From the IMG/VR virus record IMGVR_UViG_3300045988_107637, positions 14,411 to 78,410 of that record: a DNA stretch of 64,000 nt; one strand, 5' to 3'. Both the position numbers and the translations under genes were made by a program. The notes below the pieces were generated by a model. The model was not told the DNA's origin and made no database searches. It was given only the letters and a program-made list of their open reading frames with translations. This DNA is from a virus. Every line of letters begins with the position of its first letter. The first letter of the stretch is position 1. Below, in pieces: positions 1-8,500 of this stretch.

Positions 1-287
1 AGTTCCTTTATTCCTCTAATGCCATTTTTGATTGCATCAGCAGCAAAGATTGTATCATCTACTGATGTTTCCTTAGCAATTATTTTATACTCTTTTTTAG
101 TTAGTTCTCGTAATGTGTACCAATAAAACCATCTTGCATAAACTACATTTTTACTTCTATCCTTGGATAGCATATCTACTCTATCTACACCGAATAGGCT
201 GGCAACAAAATATGACAATGAAATTTCCCAATTCATATCATATTTCCTAAGAATGTCACACACTTCTTTGAGTGTCTTGTCTTTCAT
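1..287 (-). CDS. hypothetical protein, 5' part only (continues past window start)
   Basis: ATG at 287 on the minus strand, open to base 1 (MKDKTLKEVCDILRKYDMNW...ARWFYWYTLRELTKKEYKIIAKE...). Missing from the ORF track because it is truncated. Only a faint DnaA C-terminal HTH-like resemblance. Confidence 0.35.
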   Translation of the reverse strand, partial: MKDKTLKEVCDILRKYDMNWEISLSYFVASLFGVDRVDMLSKDRSKNVVYARWFYWYTLRELTKKEYKIIAKETSVDDTIFAADAIKNGIRGIKE

Positions 288-303
288 ATTGATAAAATCG
301 TTT

Positions 304-741
304 TTAAGTTTTTGGCAATTCATGGTTTTTCTCTTTCATTATTTGGTTAATTCTCTTTATCAAGGGTTGTTCAGTAGTTCTGCTTACAATCATACATAAG
401 GATTTCATCTCTTTTGTTTCCCAGCTTGCAAGTAGTTCAAACCGAAAGGATGCAAGGTAAAAATATCCCTTATATGAAACGTTTGGAAAAGGTTTTCCCG
501 TATAAAAAGCATTGCATTCTATAAATGGTCGAGGTTTAATGTCATTGAATGTACAAGTCTTTTCATCAAACACCTTCTCTATGGCTCTTTGCACACAGAT
601 AAATGGTTTTCCTTTATCATCTTTCCAAAAAGTTACATTCACATCAAAATGAATACCTTCTACATTCAGCCAGCCCGTTAATCCTTTCGTAGTATTCTTG
701 ACATAACCTTTATTTCTCTGATTTCTCCACTCCATAGCCAT
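304..741 (-). CDS. hypothetical protein (145 aa)
   Basis: ORF track. Same strand as the upstream gene and overlaps its 3' end. No recognisable motif. Confidence 0.5.
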   Translation of the reverse strand: MAMEWRNQRNKGYVKNTTKGLTGWLNVEGIHFDVNVTFWKDDKGKPFICVQRAIEKVFDEKTCTFNDIKPRPFIECNAFYTGKPFPNVSYKGYFYLASFRFELLASWETKEMKSLCMIVSRTTEQPLIKRINQIMKEKNHELPKT

Positions 742-1450
742 ACAAACTAAAATCTAACCTTGCAGGGTCAGAAGGAAATATTTTTTTTGCAAATTCAGTC
801 ACTTTTATGCAAGTCTTTCTTGATTCATCTACTTTGGGGATAATTCCAAATTCAACTGCCGACTGCAAAGAATGTGTATCACAAGGAACAAGAAGCCGAG
901 AAGGTGATAGAGTTTTCCATAATCCAATATCAACTACGCTATCCTTCCTTATCATCCATCTAAGCAGCATATTTACTCTTTTATTTGCACAATTACTGTT
1001 TGGGCTGGGTATCATTGTTTCACCATGTAATAAATGACATAATCCTTGGCAATAGTAGGTACATTTCTGCGAATAAGTAACACGTCCAAGAGCATCTTCA
1101 AGATTAGGGTACTTCATATAAATGGAATGAAGTTTATCACAAAGGGAAGCAAAGCAATGCCAAGAAGTCATACGATATAAGCTCGTATAATTATCCTTGT
1201 ATTTATTCCATTCCACGCCATATATATATTGAAAAGGCTTATTCCCCATTATCTCTGTAAGAATATAATCTATTTTGGGAATGAATACTGAACGCCTGCC
1301 ATAAGCAAGCCAAGCTGCTATGACTGCCGCTACTTCGATGTCTTTTCTATCCTTAAATCTTCGTGGGAATTGTATAGGGTCAGACTTGATAAAACTCTCT
1401 ACCTCATACTTTTCTGCAAGGTCAATGTAATCTCTAAACTTCATATTCAT
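710..1450 (-). CDS. TIGR02757/DUF2400-family protein
   Basis: 246-aa ORF with an ATG start. The N-terminal pattern DPIQFPRRFKDRKDIEVAAVIAAWLAYGRR resembles the DUF2400 signature as I recall it. Confidence 0.55.
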   Translation of the reverse strand: MNMKFRDYIDLAEKYEVESFIKSDPIQFPRRFKDRKDIEVAAVIAAWLAYGRRSVFIPKIDYILTEIMGNKPFQYIYGVEWNKYKDNYTSLYRMTSWHCFASLCDKLHSIYMKYPNLEDALGRVTYSQKCTYYCQGLCHLLHGETMIPSPNSNCANKRVNMLLRWMIRKDSVVDIGLWKTLSPSRLLVPCDTHSLQSAVEFGIIPKVDESRKTCIKVTEFAKKIFPSDPARLDFSLYGYGVEKSEK

Positions 1451-1527
1451 ATCAATTTGTTATGTGCAAAAATAAGGTGTTTTTTTGAAAGCACCAAATA
1501 TCTGGCTACCAATTTGATACAAACCTT

Positions 1528-1545
1528 AGTTCTACAAGTACTTTT
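1528..1545. repeat. inverted repeat IR-L of the fibre invertible segment (AGTTCTACAAGTACTTTT)
   Basis: Exact reverse complement of 3734-3751. Imperfect dyad AGTTCTACAAGTACT. Confidence 0.8.
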
Positions 1546-2565
1546 TCGGGACGTGCAACGTTTAATGGTGGAATGTATTCTGGCAACATTTTCCCATTAA
1601 GCAATAATAATTACAGAATAGGTTCAAGTAGCAATAGATTTATAGATGCGTATATTCAAACTTGGGTCTATGCTAATACTGGTCTTTTTATGAGTCCATC
1701 TGGTATAACCCAAAATGGTTCTTATTTGGAACTTTCAAGCGGTGGCAATGAGATTATTATAGCTGGAGGTAGTGATATGTATGTTAATTATAGAGGTGCA
1801 AGTTATGGCGGTAGGTCTGTTCCTAAAAAATGGTATTGGAAAGCAGGAAGCAGTTCATCTTGGACAAATATGGAATTTGGAGATTGTACCCTGCATGGTT
1901 TGATAAATAGCACGGGAATATCTGCAAGTGGCGCTAATTCTTTTTATGTAGGAGCAAGGTTCTCAAATACGAGCAATGATAGTATTGAAATCGTTGGAGG
2001 TAATTATACAATGGGACTTGGCTGTCATTCAAACGGGTCTTGGTATTGGTGGAGAGGTACTGCTAACCCGACAATCTCTACAAATAAATCGTATGTTATG
2101 CAATATGATGGTAGCACATGGGCTTTTACTGGAAGTATTACTGCAACCTCTGCAATTACCGCTAAAGCTACTTCTGACTTTAGATTAAAAGAGAATTACG
2201 ATGGGCTTATAGATTACCGTGAAAGACTACTAAAACTTGGCAGAGTTTATGACTATAATTACAACAAAAAAGCATTGGATTTATACCAAGATAGGATAGA
2301 CAATAAACGTCATACCGGACTTGTATATCAAAATGCGGTGAAAGCTGGTATCACAAATTTCTGCCACGAAAAGGATGAGTATGGATATGGTAGCTTGAAT
2401 TATTTATCTCCCGACCTTATCGCAACAATCATTGGTTCTGTGCAAGCCAATATCCTTTCTATCCGTCTTGTTGAATCAGAGCAAGAACGAATGAGAAAGG
2501 AATTGGAGTACGCTAAATCAGAGATTAAGAGGCTTAAAGGCTTAGTTGCCTCTTTACAGAACTAA
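1528..2565 (+). CDS. start-less alternative tail-fibre C-terminal cassette (339 aa after the repeat) with intramolecular-chaperone (peptidase S74-type) end
   Basis: The frame is open from 1489 with no plausible start before the internal ATG at 1573. 1528-1545 encodes SSTSTF, identical in DNA and frame to fibre codons 2353-2358. Continues SGRATFNGG... (fibre has AGKATFNGG...). Ends with TSDFRLKENYDG...coiled coil, as the fibre ends with SSDIRLKKNIKEY. Confidence 0.7.
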   Translation, partial: SSTSTFSGRATFNGGMYSGNIFPLSNNNYRIGSSSNRFIDAYIQTWVYANTGLFMSPSGITQNGSYLELSSGGNEIIIAGGSDMYVNYRGASYGGRSVPKKWYWKAGSSSSWTNMEFGDCTLHGLINSTGISASGANSFYVGARFSNTSNDSIEIVGGNYTMGLGCHSNGSWYWWRGTANPTISTNKSYVMQYDGSTWAFTGSITATSAITAKATSDFRLKENYDGLIDYRERLLKLGRVYDYNYNKKALDLYQDRIDNKRHTGLVYQNAVKAGITNFCHEKDEYGYGSLNYLSPDLIATIIGSVQANILSIRLVESEQERMRKELEYAKSEIKRLKGLVASLQN

Positions 2566-5500
2566 GTTCTTTTTCTAAGGTAGCTATCTTCTTTTTGAGG
2601 GTAGCTACCTCATTATCTACTTGCTGAATACCTCGCCATAATACGGGTATTAAACGTTCGTATTGTATTACGTAATAATCTTTAAAACAGTTACTTACCC
2701 ATTGGCTATATCCATTTTTTAGCAAGTCTTGTGCAATAAGTCCGTAATGCTCCTCATTGTCATTAAAGATTGGAGAATTTGCTTTTGCGGTATCATTCCA
2801 GTAATACTTCACCGACTTTAACTTGTTAATAATATCCAAAGCATTGTATTCTTTGATATTTTTCTTCAATCTTATGTCAGAAGAAGAAGACTTGGCTGTA
2901 ATTGCACCTGCTGCTGTTATATTCCCCGAAGCTGTGATTGAAGCCACGCCAGTAAGACTGCCACTTACATTTGCAGTACCATTAAAGCTTTGACCCCAAA
3001 TAGTACGTGCTGTAGTAAGCTTAGTCGCAGTTGATGCAGAACTTGCATTGCCGGATAGTGAGCCGCTAAAGGTCGTGCTTGTAATGGAACTAAATCCCGT
3101 CATAGTTGCAGGCAAGTACATATTTACATTGCCCGACCCATTAACTGAATAGGAGTTATAATGCGCTCCGCTTGGGTCATTTATATAGAATGTCCGCGAT
3201 GTTCCCCAATATGAGGTTACATAATTCGTACTACCATTTATACTTGTTCCATTGATAGTACGTGCTGTCCCCCAATAGGAGGTTGTAATGTTTGCAGAGC
3301 CATTAAATGTAGTACCATTAATCGTCCGACCAGTCTGTAAGGTAGTTGCAGTCGTAGCGTTTCCACTAAGAGAGCCGGATAGTGAGCCGCTAAAGGTCGT
3401 GCTTGTAATGGAACTAAATCCCGTCATAGTTGCAGGCAAGTACATATTTACATTGCCCGACCCATTAACTGAATAGGAGTTATAATGCGCTCCGCTTGGG
3501 TCATTTATATAGAATGTCCGCGATGTTCCCCAATATGAGGTTACATAATTCGTACTACCATTTATACTTGTTCCATTGATAGTACGTGCTGTCCCCCAAT
3601 AGGAGGTTGTAATGTTTGCAGAGCCATTAAATGTAGTACCATTAATCGTCCGACCAGTCTGTAAGGTAGTTGCAGTCGTAGCGTTTCCACTAAGAGAGCC
3701 GGATAGTCCTCCATTGAATGTAGCTTTACCAGCAAAAGTACTTGTAGAACTTATGTCGAGATTATAACTATAAACACACTTCCATCTTAAATCAGTAGTT
3801 CCCGAAGTTATTGAATTACTAAGATGGGGCTTTATATTTTGATAATATGTATTTTCTATCGGATACGCTTCTGTAATCCCTCCTTGTGTCAGTGTTGTAC
3901 TAAGACTACTGTTAATTTCAGAGTTATTAATAACTTCTGCATTATTTCCATTTGCCTTAGTCTTATATTTTATACGGTATGGCAAAGTGATAGTAGATAA
4001 TCCTCCTGCAATAGTTGAACGAATAACCCCTCTAAAATAATAACTATCTATTCTATTATCCCGATATGGGATTTCAATACAATAATACCAAATGTCATTA
4101 TACTTACATTTTTTTAATACATATTGATTAGATAAAAAAGAGCTTATTGATTTTATATTCCAAAAAGTAGTATTATAAATAGTCGAAATCTTCACATCAA
4201 CCCAAAAGCATTGATTATGTCCATTTGTATATCCAGATATAGTACCATCTATAGTATTAAGACCGCCTAAATTAGTTGTAGCAGGAATAGGTAACAACAG
4301 CAATACTTCATAGCTATAACTTCCTTTACTACTCCAATATCTATGTTGAAAATGTTCTTCTCCACTTAGAAGCGAAAACTCTCTATTTAATCCAATTATA
4401 TTTTTATTTACTACTAATTCGGTTGATATAGTAGATGTATTGTTGTTCCATTTTTGCCACGGATTTGAATAAAGTCCAGCATAAGCATAAGAAACAGATT
4501 GCCCATTACCATAAAAACCAAATTTTACTGGAGTAGAAGAATTATTTATATTAGCACCATATCCTCTTTCCCATCCCCCAGTCATAGAATCACTAATATT
4601 TATAGAAAAACCTCCCCATTGAGAATATATTCTCGCAGTTATTTGCCCAGTACCTACAACTAAGTCTCCCGTCATAGTATCACCAGCCTTTTTGACGTAG
4701 GTAGAATTTAGGATGCTACTGTAGTTCTCTGAATCAATGAGTTGCTTCCACGGCCCATATCCCGTTTGTGGAAAACCTTTATTACGATAAAAAATATTTC
4801 CATTTGCCCATCCTCCAAAAAATAGCTGTGGTTGCCAATGATTTGAACGAGTACTACATATTTCCATGATATTACCATAAGTCTCAGGCATCGTACTCCC
4901 TAAGTCATAAATATCAAAGAAGTTGACCCTACTACTTCCTGCTCTATTCGTATTATTTATATTATCTGCACTCGTATTTGCGACTTTGACACTTCCAGAA
5001 GCATAATTAGTGCTATTATTTGAATGTAGGATAGTCCAAGAATTATAAGTCAAGAAGTTATTTCCTATAATAAAACTATATTTCCCAGCAGCATCATTCC
5101 AAACTTCTGTGCTTCCCAATGGATTTAAGAAAATACGTTGTACATTATTTTGATACCCGATTTCGGCAATTTTTGTATCTGATGCGACATTATTCCAAAT
5201 GATACCTCTTCTGTAATTAGGAGTATCTATTTGCATTCTAATAGAAAATTCAGCCGCATTTTTCAACTGTAATCTACCAGTCATTTCATCGCCTGCCTTC
5301 TTCACATAAAGAGCGTCTGTATATTCTTTATAATTTCCTCCGTGGAGTATTCTGTACCAAGTTCTGAAAGAACTTGCACCAACACCTCTAAAGTAAAAAT
5401 CATCAGAATTATAGGCTGCTCTTAATTGGAATAACCTATTTGCCGCAGAACCAATGTTTAATACAGTATCATTAGCACCAGTAGTTCCATATGCAGTACC

Positions 5501-8500
5501 ATTTGCCTCCCATACAGATGTCTTAGATGCTGTAAATGTAGATACAGTATCTATCGCAGTAGAGGTTATTTGAGCATATCTCTCTAAATGGTTAGCGGTA
5601 GTAGCAATATTGCCTTTAGTTAATGTCAGTACTCGCGTACTATTGTCATAAGTAGCGTTGGTAAGGACATTTCCCGTTCCAGTAATAGTAGTGGAAGGGT
5701 AGTTTGGGAGCGTAATATACTTGCTTGTGTCTGGCACATAAGTTTGGCTGTTAACTTTGATACCAGCAATGCCAGTACCTCCACCACCATTCTTTTCAAG
5801 CTCGGAAATTCTACTTGCCAACTTGTTGATAGTGTATGCGTTGAAGGTGTCTGATAATGTTGAATCAGCGAATGTGCCACCTAAACTTGAATATCCATAA
5901 ACGGTTTGGATAAGCCCACCGCCTCCTCCACCTCCACTACCAGAACTGATACCTTTTGCAGATACAGCACCGCTTGCGTAGAAGTTAACTGCCGAGCCAT
6001 CTTCTTTGTAGACTTTAATAGCATTATTGGCACTATCTACTCCAATGCGATACCCGGTTGTTCCTATTTCGATGTAGTTGGAAACTGTCAATTTCTGCAT
6101 CGGATATTGTGGTATCATGTAGCTAATAGTATTCGGAGTTCCAGAACGATATACAATCTGGAATAGAGAAACATAGTCGCCAAGCTGATTTTCTTTGATG
6201 ATGAATGATTGTGGGTCAGCATGGAAAACACCATCAGTCCCCCACCATACAGCACCGCTTGCAAGGTAGCCAGAGCCATCCATACGAATGATAGCCTTTG
6301 CTACATCTGATGGCATGTTTGCTTCTGTATAATCTGCTCTATCCTTCATAGAACCTCCATACCAAGAAGCAATACCTCCACCGACCTTAGTAGCATCATA
6401 GACACCATTCATACCGGACATTACTTTAAATCCAGCTACCGGGTCAGTATATCCCAGCATGTTTAACGCATTCTGAATAACACCACCTTCGATTGTGGTA
6501 CTCTCTTTCCACGCTTTCTTTAGATATTCATAACCAGCCAAGTCTTTTTTAACGGTATCTACTGCCGCCTTAGCTGCGTCACTGATGGCATTCAAAGCTG
6601 CCGTTCTTTGATTGTAGTATGCAGATTGCTTTGAAGCGAAGTCAGAAGGTATAGTTATATTTTCGGGAGTAGAAGCAGATAATGTAACCAACACTGCACG
6701 ATAATTGCTATGAGCATTTAGATAACCCGTAGGGCTACCCAATGAATACAAAGTATATCCTGCTGTAATATTAGTCTTGTCAGCGTCTATACGAACTATT
6801 TCGTCTTTAATAGCTTGCTTTTCAGTAGGAGATATAACTCCATCTTCTGCCCACTTATCCAATCTTTGCTTAGCTGCTTCCGCTTCTGCTTTAGCTGATT
6901 CGGCTAAGGCTTTAGCGTCATCTGCAAAAGTTTTCAATTTATCTTGAATGGCTTTGTTCGCTGTTTCTACGGCTGTATTGAAAGAAGCATAAGCTGTGTT
7001 GAAAGCAGAATATTTCGCATTCACATCTGTTTTCTCAGCTTCTGTTGCCTTACCGTCTGCTATAGCTGTGTTAATTGAATTAAGTAGATTTGTTATGGCA
7101 GCATTTAAAGACGTGTAACTTGAATTTAATCCAGTCTTCGCTTCACCAGCTAAATAGGCGTTAGCATATAGCTTGTCGAATGTTGCCTTTACTTCACTTT
7201 TGGTATTATTTACAATATTAATATATCTCTCTATCGACTGTGCCTCAGAAATATCAACAATACCGTCCTTAAAAGCTCCATCTACATATTGATTCAAATC
7301 TTCGACTGCTCCTGCTACGTTATCTGCTGCCGCTTTAGCCGCATCTGCCGTTTTTTTTGCCTCTTCCGCAGCTTTTTGGGCGTTTTCTGCGGAAGTGTTT
7401 ATTTTGTCTTGGATAAAGTTGTTGGCTGCATTCAAATAAGCTATAAAATCTCCGTATTTGGTATTGAAGGTGTCGTACCTACCATCTACCAAAGCGACTT
7501 CCGTTGAGGTAGCTACTCCGTCAGCTATAGCATTATCAATAGCTGTAATAAGTTCCGTGGTTGCCGTATTAAATCCGTCATAAGCAGTTTTTAGTTCTAC
7601 CTTAGCAGTACCGGACAATAAAGGATTAGCATAAACCTTAGAATAAGATTCCGCTACGCTCTTCTGTATTGATTTGATTGAGTTCAAATATTTCTCAATC
7701 GCAGCAGCTTCTTGTCTGTCAACAATACCATCTTTAAAGGCTTCGTCTGTGAAGTCTTTCATATTGGTTACAGTCTGCTTTGCGTCATTGGCTTCTTTCT
7801 TAGCTTCTTCTGCTGCCTTTTGCGCTTTAGCTGCTTCAAGATAAGCCTTTGAAGTGTCATTGTCTGCAATCTGCGTCCATCCCCATGTATCTCCCGTCTT
7901 TACCCATCTCCATGATTTTCCTGCATCGGGAGTAGTTTCATCATCGACATATTCTTGGATATTGGTAAATACATCACCTTCATGCCGTTTTTTCAAAGCT
8001 TCTGTATTCCAATCAACTGCTGGCTGGTTTGTAAGAGTTGGTGTGTATTCTCCATACCAAGTTTCCTTTACTCCATCTATCTGGTCTTGGAAGCTGTTAA
8101 ATGTTTCCTCAACGTCTTTGCCAGATTTGGTTACAAGTTTACCTTTTATCTCAACACCAGTTACCGTATCAAACTTCATATAGCTGCTCTTATCTCTTGC
8201 TCCAATATAAGAGTTGCCATAGACGTTCATATAAGCGAGATTTGTAGTCTTGTCAACACCGTAGGACACGTACTCTTTGTTGAGGTATGAATAGCTGTTT
8301 ATGCCAGCATATAAAGTCATACTTGGCGAGAAAGTGTCAACTGCACTAAAGATAATTGCATTCTGTCTTGTCTTGTCCTCTACATGAGTAACACCATTTG
8401 CATCAACAAAGGTCTTATTACCTAATTGGCAAATGGTATCTCCTACTCGTGGTGCATCACTGGCTGCATCTGCATCAGTTTTTGAGATGTCAATGTAATT

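Noticed and set aside
2558-2570. Palindrome AGAACTAAGTTCT as a third recombination site related to the AGTTCT-containing repeats
   Set aside because: Its half-sites face outward, the opposite arrangement to the repeats. It lies in coding sequence at the convergent gene ends and is more simply a small terminator hairpin. AGTTCT alone is too short to be meaningful.
3051-3707. Tandem repeat considered as a CRISPR array or a DGR template/variable repeat pair
   Set aside because: The two units are directly adjacent with no spacers, are in frame inside the fibre gene and are identical, so there is no A-specific mutation pattern. No reverse transcriptase or cas gene is present in the window.
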